Source: Haliotis rufescens (taxonomy: Eukaryota). Taken from it: a DNA stretch of 64,000 bases. The stretch lies in the NCBI RefSeq assembly GCF_023055435.1, contig NW_025963890.1, positions 2,170,001-2,234,000 on the forward strand. The letters are read 5' to 3'. The position numbers and the translations under genes were made by a program. The notes under the pieces were generated by a model. That model worked only from the letters and a program-made list of their open reading frames with translations. It did no database searches and was not told the origin of the DNA. Below, one piece after another: positions 52,250 through 64,000 of this stretch (positions within the stretch are counted from its first letter, which is position 1; each line of letters starts with the position of its first letter).

Positions 52250-54950
52250 TTCAAAGAGTCAGAGAGAGTGTGTTGTTGAAACAGTTCAGGATCAGCCAAA
52301 GCCCACACATTGCTCCAGAGAGAGCTTGTAATTGGCTGCCCTCTTTGGCCAAACTGAATCCGATGTATGTGTGCCATATCATGGTGAATCTATAACTACA
52401 CTTGAAAGTGACTTGATACCAGGAGACTCTCACAGACAATTATTGGTTTTGAACCAGTCTGATAAGGACTCACTTAAAGGATGGCCTTAGACATGATGGC
52501 AGTTGGATCGTGCGGGCCCTCAGTTACCTTGCATCTTGTTACTTGTTAGTTGTCCTGATATTGTGAGGTTTCTTTTGTTTGTTTGTTCGATGTTTGACGC
52601 CGCACTCAGCAATATTCCAGCTATATGACAGCGGTGTGTAAATAATCGAGTCTGGACCAGACAATCCAATGACTGGTATCATGAGCATCGATCTGCGCAA
52701 TTAGGTTGCAATGACATGCATCAACCAAGTCATTGAGTCTGACCACCCGATCCCATTAGTCGCCTCTTACGACAAGCATAATCCCTTTTTGCGGCCACTA
52801 TGGGTTGCTGAAGACCTTTTCTACCCTAGATCTTCAAGGGTCTTTTGTAAAGTGAAGATATTTGTATTACTCAGATACGTTCTTTCCTGACCCTCATCGG
52901 GAGCACCTTACATGGCATGACAAAGATAATCTAACAAGAGACCCAGGTGCTTTCTGTCGCAGGGCTGTGTCCTCATATACTGTGCCTCTCTTATCTACAT
53001 ACAAGAACCATACAAATAGAGGTTTCCTATTTGCGTCAAAAGTAAAAGTTGGCAAAGAATGCAGGGGGTGAACATTGGTAGTATGTGCAATATGTGTAAC
53101 AGTGGTATGTCTTATGCTTGGTTTTTCAAACATAGCTCATCTGAAGGTATGGTTCCTTGAGCAAATGACCAAAGAGGTTTCACTCGATCGGTGAGCTGAT
53201 AAGGTAAGGATGGTGGGATGGGATGGGTGGGATGACTTTACACCATTCAACATAAACTTGGGAGAACACTATGCTGATCAATATAAAGAAATCCTATGAT
53301 TAAAAAGCAAAAGGGTGTATTTACTCTACAGTTCATCTATCTTCAGATATTCTCTATCACTGAGAGTATTAAGATGCCCTTCCTCAAATGCAGTCATTCT
53401 GTTAGTCACTTTTCCTGAAATGAAAACATTTTGCTAGTCCCTCTCCATTAATGGAGTCATTTTGACAGGCACTCTCTCTCAAATGCTTATCAATTTCTTT
53501 ACAATCCTCAACACCACACCAACATGTCATGATTATGGATATTTTGCATTAAAATTCATTTTGGACCCTGCCTTAAATCTTCTTTATGAAACTTGTTTTT
53601 TCTGTCAATAAAATGCTTGAACTATTTATTTTCTATTTTTACATAATTTTAATGAAGTCATAAATGGGGAATGTGCCCTCCAGTAGGAGGTTCCTCACAG
53701 TGTTTTGGTTGACGATCACACTGTAACTGACTACTCATTGCACTTTAAAACTCCAGTCCTATTCCTCAACCTTCAACACGAACCTGCACAAAGCATTCTA
53801 CCAATTGATTGGACAGTGCTTCATACAGCATACGTAATCAGATCATGAATCAAACATAAAGTCAAACACGTTCAGTGCCAAAAAAATTATTCAAATTGTG
53901 AAAAAAGAAGCTTTTGTTCAAAGAAAAGTTTGCCCGAAATAGCAATCACAGTTTAGAAAAACACTTATCGAATCTACAGGCTACGTACACAGGTCCAACG
54001 TGCTCTGTGTCCATTGGCAGAATGTCAGTTTCAGGGAAAACAAGATCTCCAATCATTATGTAATGGGAATTAGTTGCCGAAATTGATATTAGCAGTGGGA
54101 GTTTACACAGAAGACAAGGGTATGGTCGCCATGTCCAACAAACTTCGCATCACCTTTGAGAATTGCAAGATCATTAATGTGCCTTCTGTCTGACTCGGCT
54201 GAGATTGAGGTTAAAAACATCCCAACGTGTGTTGACTTTGTGTGATCTTCCTGCTTTCCCCAACCACTGCATGTGGCTTGATACAACGCTATTAACCTAA
54301 TACCAGAATGGAAATTGGGCACACAAGGCCGGGAATGTCAAAGAAGACTACGAGACATGGCATGGATTGGAAGCACAGCGATAAGGGACTAAAGACGTGT
54401 CTACTGGCTGGGCCCTCTGTATCCCCCTGTAGCATGATTGCGCATTCACCAACATGACCATTTATGTCAGTATAGACCAACACCTAAATGGAGAGGGGAT
54501 ATTCATAAGGACAGGGCAAAAAAAGCAAGCACATGCTTTTAACTCGATTTTACTCATATAGCTTGCCTATTTTGTAATAATACATTTATGAACAGGATTG
54601 CTCAACCACTGGGATCAGTGATTAGGCAGACAGTTTCTTCCTGGGCTGCCTGGGAGGAGGAAAAACAATTTGTGAACACCAAGAAAGCTTCAATATTGAG
54701 GTGATACATCTTATTTAGCAGTAAATCTTGCCCCAAGCACACATTGTGCATGCTTTACTGCCTTGAAAGTGTAATGTGGCCCCATGGAGCAGTGAGTGGA
54801 ATAACTGCCCAATAAGCTGCTGAAAGTGATGTTCACTTGGCCCATCAGTATCATCACCAGCCACTACTGATGATGTATGGCACCCAACTTCTTCCATCTT
54901 ACCACTTATTTGAAGCAATTTGATGAGGTGATCAAAAGTTAAATCAAATA
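52250..54950 (-). pseudogene. Decayed intron-containing KDZ / HMGXB3-like transposase
   Basis: Fragments in order on the minus strand: SLLDM..CLLC..P..INFGN; exon 53325-53414 MTAFEEGHLNTLSDREYLKIDEL (ttttcatttcag acceptor); LTDRVKPLWSFAQG; RGTVY..LR.ES..LVRLSLS; VID..H..GH; N.SSLEQ.WAL. Several require frameshifts. Confidence 0.55.
52575..52842 (-). mobile_element. SINE family A copy (full length) inserted in the KDZ remnant
   Basis: Full-length match ending GATCTTCAAGGGTC. Confidence 0.9.
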
Positions 54951-55136
54951 TGGAAAAGAATTTTCATTTTAGCCAACCTCTAGCATGATCTGCCCAGGTC
55001 CTTTTGATATGACAGTTATACCATGGAGCCTAGGAGATATGTTCAGTAGAATGAGTGTGTAGTTACCTTGGAAGCTTCATTTACACATTCTGTTCATGTA
55101 AAGTGCAGCCATTGCCATTCTTTTCTGTTGAAAATA

Positions 55137-55408
55137 GTGAGTGAGTGAGTGAGTGAGTGAGTGAGTGAGTGAGTTGGGTTTAACACCGTTTTTAACAGTA
55201 TTCCAGTTATGTCACCCAAAGTGATGCAAGTCTCAGACATTAACCACTTTGGTGAAACCCATGAGCACGGGTATGGTGCTGACAAACCTAGAAACATAAT
55301 CAGGGAACCGGGATTCGTACCCACAATCATAGGTTTCTGGGGTGCACAAGGGACGCAACTCTGCACAGGGAATCGCGGCGCCTTAGACGACTGGGCCACC
55401 GGTGCCTC
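55137..55408 (-). mobile_element. tRNA-derived SINE family C with extended head
   Basis: GGTGGCCCAGTCGTCTAAGGCGCC (A box), GGTACGAATCCC (B box), tail ACTGGAATACTGTTAAAAACGGTGTTAAACCC+(ACTC)n. Confidence 0.8.
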
Positions 55409-55659
55409 AGTAAGAATAAATAAATTAATTTCCAAAATGAATAAACAGACATTCTATGGCAGCACCACTAATGTTGAGAATAAACAGACATTCTATGGAA
55501 GCACCTCTCATGTTAGTCATTCTAAGGCAGCACCACTGATGGTGGAAATGAACAGACATTCAAGGCAGATTCACTGATGCATACTTTCAAATGGAACCAA
55601 ATCAAACCAGTTATAGGCAAAAACTTAAAGTGGCGACATGCTTATGTTATTGTCAGTTG

Positions 55660-56122
55660 ACCATGTGATCACCACATTGATCTATTCAACAGCCACTGTG
55701 GCCATATGATCACCATGTTTCTTTATTCAACAGCCACTGTGTCCATATGATCTCCATGTTTGTCTATTCAACAGCCACTGTGGCCATGTGATCATCATGT
55801 TGATCTATTCAACAGCCACTGTGGCCATATGATCTCCATGTTTGTCTATTCAACAGCCACTGTGGCCATGTGATCATCATGTTGATCTATTCAACAGCCA
55901 CTGTGGCCATATGATCTCCATGTTTGTCTATTCAACAGCCACTGTGGCCATATGATCTCCATGTTTGTCTATTCAACAGCCACTGTGTCCATATGATCTC
56001 CATGTTTCTTTATTCAACAGCCTTTGTGTCCACGTGATCACCATGTTAGTCTTTTCAACAGCCATTGTGTCCACATGATCACCATGTTAGTCTTTTCAAC
56101 AGCCATTGTGTCCACGTGATCA
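55660..56122. repeat. Minisatellite, 41-bp unit TATTCAACAGCCACTGTGGCCATATGATCTCCATGTTTGTC (~11 copies)
   Basis: Direct reading. Confidence 0.94.
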
Positions 56123-57949
56123 CCCAGCGATTTCGCGATATTATCGCATAGTCGTCGTAGATATCGCATCAACATTCAATCAGCACGATTCAAAATCGTG
56201 TAGATCTTTCAACACTCTCATTTTCACCTACAAAAATCGAAAATGTTGTATTGCTTAAATAAATTTATATCACTGCATGAAGCTTTGCATCAGCTGACAA
56301 TGGTGGAGTGTGCAACATTTTTTTATCCCTGATTGGCAAAACGAGTGTTTGTTTTTACAAATTGAACACTTTGGTAGCGCCTAAAAATCTTATTCTGTGA
56401 TCTACAACTCCAAGTAATGAAACACATTTTTTTAAGACTTAAATCCAAGAAGAAATCAAAGATGTTGATCTTCATGTTTGTGCGTCCGTGCAGAAATCCA
56501 GAGAAAAAAAGGCAAACACTGGTAAAGTTTCAAAACACAAGCAAATTTTGATTTTGGAATGACATCAAAACAATAACTAAATGAATATACATACAACACT
56601 TTCTCCATAATAATCTAAAAATTTCAGATCAGAAACGATTGTATTTTAGATGAGATTCGCCTAGCCGGTGACGCCACTGATGGAAGAGTTTTCATGAACG
56701 TACCCTCGTGCAAGAATGGGCACCATGCGAGAATTACAAATTTTGAACTATTTCTAGTGGCCACACAGCAAATTGCATTAAGATTTTTTTAGAACATGCT
56801 ACAAAACGTTTGCTTTCAAATTTGTCCATGAAAATTGAAAACTGTGACTTAATCATTCAAATGTAACTCTTAAACATCGTGAATGTCAACAGTCTTTTCA
56901 ACTTTCGGTTACTCGTGAACATTTTCTGGATGCTGCACATGGCAAACACGCTGCCTTCTGTGTGAAATAAATGACTTAATTTTTGCTAATTAAACAAGAG
57001 GGTGAACCTGGTGCAATAGTCATTGTATAATGAACTGTCACTTCTAATTAATTGAAAAGTCCATATTGATAAGATTTCATTTGATACGGTCATAGACCCG
57101 GCCTCTGATATGGTACACACTTCAGACGGAAATAAGACGGCAAAATTGACGAAAGCACTGGAATGTAAATAATATATTTTTTACCAACAAACTGTTATAC
57201 CATTTACAACAGTTGCTATTTCATGTCATCACTCTAAATATGTGGAATTACAATCTAAACACACACTGTCAAAATTTGATAACTGCAGATTGTTGTCTCC
57301 TGCATGCCAACAAAATGAACAGCTGATGGTGGTAAACATGCCTCCTAAACAATCTGTAATTGTCCTTGCTATTATGAGTTATGTCCTTTCTATGTCCCCT
57401 CTACTGACCAATCAGAATCCATCTCTCATATTACTTGTGATTGCTTCAAACAAAATGGTGGCGCCCAGTCAAGACAATCTGATCAATAATCAAGATCTAC
57501 ATTGTAATAAAACGGGTCTTACCCTGCAAAGTGCATCAAATCACTTGAGCACCTCAATCAAAAACATGGAAAGATTTGTCAATGCCCACTTGGCGGTATA
57601 CAATTTTTGCAAATCCTGCAGACGACCAAGATCTGCACTTTGAAATTCATGTTGTTTATGAACCGGATGTCTAGTTTGTTACGCAATTTTGATTGACTGG
57701 ACTATGCATAGACTCGTTAGTCCAACCAATCTGTGGCTCCAGAATTCCAGCCTGGTTCGGCAAAGGTGGAAACTGGACTTTTATAGTCAGTTTACGCCAT
57801 TGCCTTGGGGAGACTAGATTTCCAGGTTGACAACTCCTGGGTAGAGTAATGTCACTGTGCACTACCATTTCCCACAGCATAATTGTCTAGAAAGAGAGGC
57901 TTCCAATCTAGCAGGGTGTGGACTAAACTGATTATTTACAAACCAATTG

Positions 57950-58080
57950 TTATTATATCCCAATTGCCTAGATTGATGCTCATCATATCAATCACTTGAT
58001 TGTCTGGTCCAGACTTGATTATTTGCAGAGAGACGTCAAAAAGCTGGAATATTGCTGTGGCATTAAACAACCAACAAACG
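57950..58080 (+). mobile_element. SINE family A, 3' half
   Basis: TCCCAATTG..GATGCTCAT..TTGTCTGGTCCAGACT..GCTGGAATATTGCTG..TTAAACAACC. Confidence 0.78.
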
Positions 58081-58639
58081 AACCTATTGTTCTAGGGTTC
58101 ATCATCCCAGCTATATTGGTATATGATCATCATCTCATTGTAAAGAAAGTTTGTGTCAACGAGTACACCCTGTTAGTTACTTAAGGTTCACCTTCATCAG
58201 CCTAACAAGAAGCCAACATATGATGTCGTCCGAGGTGTTTTCTAGGGCCCTAGCTATATTTAATAGCTGTGTCAGCATAATCCATAGCGACGAGCTCATA
58301 ACAGCTCTGTAGTACATGAATATTGACGACAATGGTGAAATGTATAGCAGATCTTTTCATCTATTAAAACCAGATTTATGTCAACAGTCTGGCAAGTGAA
58401 GGTTACTCAGTTCCAACACATGAAGCTATATGACACCTTTCAGAAATCGAAATGATTGACTGACCTTTCAAAGGAGAAAAAATGGAGGAAAGGCATATTA
58501 AATTCCTTGCACAACAACTCATTTAATCTCACAAGATTCACAAGTGACAAAAAGATGACCTTGTATTTGAAATTTGATCAGCCATTGGAAATCATACAGA
58601 GAGTACATCTATCAGGTTGTCTGCCCCCGGATCTGTGTA

Positions 58640-61350
58640 GTTCTAGGCCTGGATCTCCCACAGTATTTACAGAGAGTATCCCTCTGTTAATATGGGCCTG
58701 GATCTCCCACACAGAGAGTATCCCTGTGTGGTTCTAGGCCTGGATCTCCCACATAGAGAGTATCCCCATGTAGTTCTAGGCCTGGATCTCCCACACAGAG
58801 AGAGGATCCCCATATGGTTCTCAGCCCTTGATCTCTCACAGATAGGGGATCCCCATGTGGTTCTCACCCCAAGGTCTCCTACAGAGAGAAGATCCCCATG
58901 TGGTTCTCAGCCCAAGGTCTCCTACAGAAAGAGGATCCCCATGTGGTTCTCACCCCGAGATCTTCCACAGAGAGAGGATCCCCATGTGGTTCTCGGCCCA
59001 AGGTCTCCCACAGAGAGAAGATCCCCATGTGGTTTTCACCCCGAGATCTCCCACAGAGAGGGGATCCCCATGTGGTTCTCGGCCCAAGGTCTCCCACAGA
59101 GAAAGTATCCCCATGTGGTTCTCAGCCCAAGGTCTCCCACAGAGAGAGGATCCCCATGTGGTTCTCAGCCCAAGGTCTCCCACTGAGAGAGGATCCCCAT
59201 GTGGTTCTCACCCCGAGATCTCCCACAGAGAGAGGATCCCCATGTGGTTCATGGCCCAAGGTCTCCCACAGAGAGGGTATCCCCATGTGGTTCTCAGCCC
59301 AAGGTATCCCACAGAGAGAGGATCCCCATGTGGTTCTCACCCCAAGGTCTCCCATAGAGAGAGGATCCCCATGTGGTTCTCACCCCAAGGTCTCCCAAAG
59401 AGAGAGGATCTCCATGTGGTTCTCGGCCAAAGGTCTCCCACAGAGAGGGGATCCCCATGTGGTTCTCACCCCAAGGTCTCCCACACAGAGAGAGAGGATC
59501 CCCATGTGGTTCTCGGCCCAAGGTCTCCCAAAGAGAGAGGATCCCCATGTGGTTCTCGGCCCGAGATCTCCCACAGAGAAAGGATCCCCATGTGGTTCTC
59601 AGCCCAAGGTCTCCCACAGAGAGGGGAACCCCATGTGGTTCTCACCCCAAGGTCTCCCACGCAGAGAGAGAGGATCCCCATGTGGTTCTCGGCCCAAGGT
59701 CTCCCATAGAGAGAGGATCCCCATGTGGTTCTCACCCCAAGGTCTCCCAAAGAGAGAGGATCTCCATGTGGTTCTCGGCCAAAGGTCTCCCACAGAGAGG
59801 GGATCCCCATGTGGTTCTCACCCCAAGGTCTCCCATAGAGAGAGGATCCCCATGTGGTTCTCACCCCAAGGTCTCCCAAAGAGAGAGGATCTCCATGTGG
59901 TTCTCGGCCAAAGGTCTCCCACAGAGAGGGGATCCCCATGTGGTTCTCACCCCAAGGTCTCCCACACAGAGAGAGAGGATCCCCATGTGGTTCTCGGCCC
60001 AAGGTCTCCCAAAGAGAGAGGATCCCCATGTGGTTCTCGGCCCGAGATCTCCCACAGAGAAAGGATCCCCATGTGGTTCTCAGCCCAAGGTCTCCCACAG
60101 AGAGGGGAACCCCATGTGGTTCTCACCCCAAGGTCTCCCACGCAGAGAGAGAGGATCCCCATGTGGTTCTCGGCCCAAGGTCTCCCACAGAGAGAGAGGA
60201 TCCCCATGTGGTTTTCACCCCGAGATCTCCCACAGAGAGGGGATCCCCATGTGGTTCTCAGCCCAAGGTCTCCCACAGAGAAAGGATCCCTATGTGGTTC
60301 TCAGCCCAAGGTCTCCCACTGAGAGAGGATCCCTATGTGGTTCTCACCCCGAGATCTCCCACAGAGAGAGGATCCCCATGTGGTTCTCGGCCCAAGGTCT
60401 CCCACAGAGAGAGGATCCCCATGTGGTTCTCGGCCCAAGGTCTCCAACAGAGAGAGGATCCCCATGTGGTTCTCACCCCAAGGTCTCCCACAGAGAGGGA
60501 GTATCCCCATGTGGTTCTCGGCCCAAGGTCTCCCACAGAGAGAAGATCCCCATGTGGTTTTCACCCCGAGATATCCCACAGAGAGGGGATCCCCATGTGG
60601 TTCCAGCCCAAGGCCTCCCACAGAGAGAGGATCCCCATGTGGTTCTCAGCCCAGGGTTTCCCAAAGAGAGAGGATCCCCATGTGGTTCTCACACCAAGGT
60701 CTCCCCCAGAGAGAGAGGATCCCCATGTGGTTCATGGCCCAAGGTCTCCCACAGAGAGAGGATCCCCACGTGGTTCTCAGCCCAAGATCTCCCACAGAGG
60801 GAGGATCCCCATGTGGTTCTCACCCCGAAATCTCCCACAGAGAGAGGATCACCATGTGGTTCTCACCCCGAGATCTCCAACAGAGAGAGGATCCCCATGT
60901 GGTTCTCACCCCAAGGTCTCCCACAGAGAGAGGATCCCTACGTGATTCTCGGCCCAAGATCTCCCACAGAGAGGGTATCCCCATGTGGTTCTCGGCCCAA
61001 GGTCTCCCACAGAGAGAGGATCCCCACGTGTTTCTCACCCCAAGATCTCCCACAGAGAGGGGATCCCCATGTGGTTCTCGGCCCAAGGTCTCCCATAGAG
61101 AGAGAGGAACCCCATGTGGTTCATGGCCCAAGGTCTCCCACAGAGAGAGGATCCCCGCGTGGTTCTTGGCCCAAGATCTCCCACAGAGAGAGGATCCCCA
61201 TGTGGTTTTCGGCCCAAGATCTCCCACAGAGAGAGGATCCCCACGTGGTTCTCGGCCCAAGATCTCCCACAGAGAGAGAATCCCTATGTGGTTCTCAGCC
61301 CTAGATCTCTTATAGAATCCTTAAGCGGTTCTAGGCCTGGGTCTCCCATG
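58640..61350. repeat. Minisatellite, 43-bp unit GATCCCCATGTGGTTCTCAGCCCAAGGTCTCCCACAGAGAGAG; 481-bp higher-order duplication
   Basis: Direct reading; identical peptide runs start at 59373 and 59854. Confidence 0.97.
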
Positions 61351-61939
61351 GAGAATATCCTATCCAGTCCTCACCTAGATTTAACCTGGTGATAGCCTTG
61401 AAACTGTATTACATAGGTTACACCAGGTTGGCCTCTCATCTCGAGCACTGTGCCATGCAACCCAGCATGAGCTTTAATGAACTTAATAATATAGCGTATT
61501 TATGGAGCCACATTCTCTCTCTTGACTCTTTTTACTGTCATGACATTTCCAGTGGTTAAGATGAAATGAAGCTATCGTTTAATGCCTTTATAGATGTACC
61601 ACACCATCAACAATAAGTCATTGAATCAATTCAGGAGTCAAGTCACTTTTTGTCTGTCAAGTAGGTGCATGTGGCCGCCCAGACACGGTCCACACAGTAC
61701 TGAGCCAAGGGGGTTAAAGGGTGGTGACTGTGCTCCATCAGGGAACATCAATTCCCCAATAACTGCAGATGTGTAACTGGCTGGTAATGCACTTCCTATG
61801 TAGCCTCTCAGCCCCGTAGTTTCATTCTTGGTTAAACATCAATAGGTAATTTCCAATATGAAGAGACTGAAGAAAACAGTGGGAGAATGGTAAGAGTGGG
61901 ATCGATGGCAGGGACACTCCTTGCAGCTGCTACTCTACC

Positions 61940-62061
61940 TTAACCCAGCAGACGTCTGCGGATTACCAGGCCGATCGGGGTAAGGCAGGGGGTTGCAGGG
62001 GAAGCTGAGGGTGGGTTGGTGGGTAGGTGGGGAAGAGTAAAATGGGGAGAGGGGAGATCTC
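61940..62061 (-). CDS. Candidate terminal coding exon of an unidentified host gene (DLPSPHFTLPHLPTNPPSASPATPCLTPIGLVIRRRLLG*)
   Basis: Acceptor cccatttcag, then 39 open Pro/Ser-rich codons and TAA, followed by unique sequence. No homology recognised. Confidence 0.25.
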
Positions 62062-62144
62062 CTGAAATGGGCAAGAGTCATTGATATACATGAGTGATTG
62101 ATTGAAGGGGTCTTGCATGACTTTAAACTAGATCGCTAGGTGAA

Positions 62145-64000
62145 GACGGAGGAACTGAGTGAGACAGATGAGGAAATGGGTGAGATAGGGTAGGAGGAAC
62201 TGTGTAAGATAGGGTAGGAGGATCTGGGTGACATAGGGAGGAACTGGGTGACATAGGGAGGAACTGGGTGAGATAGAAGAGGAACTGGGTGAGATAGAAG
62301 AGGAACTGGGTGAGATAGAAGAGGAACTGGGTGAGATAGAGGAGGAACTGGGTGAGATAGGGGAGGAACTGGGTGAGATAGAAGAGGAACTGGGTGAGAT
62401 AGGGTAGGAGGATCTGGGTGACATAGGGAGGAACTGGGTGAGATAGGGAGGAACTGGGTGAGATAGAAGAGGAACTGGGTGAGATAGGGTAGGAGGAACT
62501 GTGTGAGATAGAGGAGGAACTGGGTGTGATAGGGGAGGAACTGTGTGAGATAGGGTAGGAGGAACTGGGTGAGATAGAGGAACTGGGTGAGATAGGGGAG
62601 GAACTGGGTGAGATAGAAGAGGAACTGGGTGAGATAGGGTAGGAGGAACTGGGTGAGATAGAAGAGGAACTGGGTGAGATAGCGGAGGAACTGGGTGAGA
62701 TAGAAGAGGAACTGGGTGAGATAGGGGAGGAACTGAGTGAGATAGAAGAGGAACTGGGTGAGATAGAAGAGGAACTGGGTGAGATAGAGGAGGAACTGGG
62801 TGAGATAGGGAGGAACTGGGTGAGATAGAGAGGAACTGGGTGAGATAGGGGAGGAACTGGGTGAGATAGAAGAGGAACTGGGTGAGATAGGGGAGGAATT
62901 GGCTGAGATAGGGGAGGAATTGGCTGAGATAGAGGAGGAACTGGGTGAGATAGGGGAGGAATTGGCTCATAGAAGAGGAACTGGGTGAGATAGGGGAGGA
63001 ACTGGGTGAGATAGAAGAGGAACTGGGTGAGATAGAAGAGGAACTGGGTGAGATAGAGGAACTGGGTGAGATAGGGGAGGAACTGGGTGAGATAGAAGAG
63101 GAACTGGGTGAGATAGGGTAGGAGGAACTGGGTGAGATAGAGGAGGAACTGGGTGAGATATGGGAGGAACTGGGTGAGATAGAAGAGGAACTGGGTGAGA
63201 TAGGGGAGGAACTGGGTGAGATAGAAGAGGAACTGGGTGAGATAGAAGAGGAACTGGGTGAGATAGGGGAGGAACTGGGTGAGATAGGGAGGAACTGGGT
63301 GAGATAGAGAGGAACTGGGTGAGATAGAGAGGAACTGGGTGAGATAGAAGAGGAACTGGGTGAGATAGGGGAGGAACTGGGTGAGATAGAAGAGGAACTG
63401 GGTGAGATAGGGGAGGAATTGGGTGAGATAGAGGAGGAACTGGGTGAGATAGGGGAGGAACTGGGTGAGATAGAAGAGGAACTGGGTGAGATAGGGTAGG
63501 AGGATCTGGGTGACATAGGGAGGAACTGGGTGAGATAGGGAGGAACTGGGTGAGATAGAAGAGGAACTGGGTGAGAAAGGGGAGGAACTGGGTGAGATAG
63601 AAGAGGAACTGGGTGAGATAGAAGAGGAACTGGGTGAGATAGAGGAGGAACTGGGTGAGATAGGGGAGGAACTGGGTGAGATAGAAGAGGAACTGGGTGA
63701 GATAGGGTAGGAGGATCTGGGTGACATAGGGAGGAACTGGGTGAGATAGGGAGGAACTGGGTGAGATAGAAGAGGAACTGGGTGAGATAGGGTAGGAGGA
63801 ACTGTGTGAGATAGAGGAGGAACTGGGTGTGATAGGGGAGGAACTGTGTGAGATAGGGTAGGAGGAACTGGGTGAGATAGAGGAACTGGGTGAGATAGGG
63901 GAGGAACTGGGTGAGATAGAAGAGGAACTGGGTGAGATAGGGTAGGAGGAACTGGGTGAGATAGAAGAGGAACTGGGTGAGATAGCGGAGGAACTGGGTG
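62145..64000. repeat. Purine-rich minisatellite, ~21-bp unit GAGGAACTGGGTGAGATAGAA (18-24-bp variants); 1303-bp higher-order repeat; runs off the window
   Basis: Rare variants recur at offset 1303 (GATCTGG at 62411/63714; GCGG at 62682/63985). Confidence 0.96.

Noticed and set aside
1050-54950. Single giant Zisupton-like gene joining the KDZ (52-55 kb) and Ulp1-like (1-8.5 kb) relics
   Set aside because: Strand and order are compatible, but the pieces are 44 kb apart with no linking evidence, and both calls are tentative.
56125-57925. CpG-rich, TE-like region with weak inverted similarity
   Set aside because: Probably nested DNA elements, but I could not define TIRs or TSDs. The 133-aa ORF has no recognisable motif.
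58692-61392. Many overlapping ORFs up to 643 aa
   Set aside because: Translations of a 43-bp (non-triplet) satellite on both strands.
62123-63727. Ser/Pro-rich 462 and 534 aa ORFs
   Set aside because: Pyrimidine strand of a satellite with frequent frame-shifting unit lengths.
4262-64000. CRISPR-like arrays
   Set aside because: The repeats are head-to-tail with no unique spacers, there are no cas genes, and the context is eukaryotic.

Overview
Eukaryotic, repeat-dominated window with no intact protein-coding gene that I can support. The SINE repertoire (tRNA-headed SINEs with (ACTC)n tails, a Meta/MESC-like SINE) and a pearl/HINE-like element point to a mollusc, probably a gastropod such as abalone; this is an inference. 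Ten young, mutually unrelated minisatellite arrays make up about 23 kb (roughly 36%) and explain almost all the long ORFs in the track. The rest is a nested TE graveyard: at least four SINE families sharing a related 3' tail, a piggyBac remnant with TTAA TSD, hAT, pogo and Harbinger MITEs, long-hairpin Crypton-like elements, a Penelope-type palindrome with decayed hammerhead cores, and decayed Sola2, mariner and KDZ/HMGXB3-like transposase sequences. The most interesting items are (i) an abundant SINE with no tRNA head but a fixed 5' end and a predicted pseudoknot, a possible ribozyme-like head, and (ii) a 24/21-bp minisatellite that appears to have expanded inside an ORF beginning MAGKRGTRGRRKK, downstream of a CpG-rich region and a TIR-like end. 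Family assignments come from motif recognition by eye, not from database searches.
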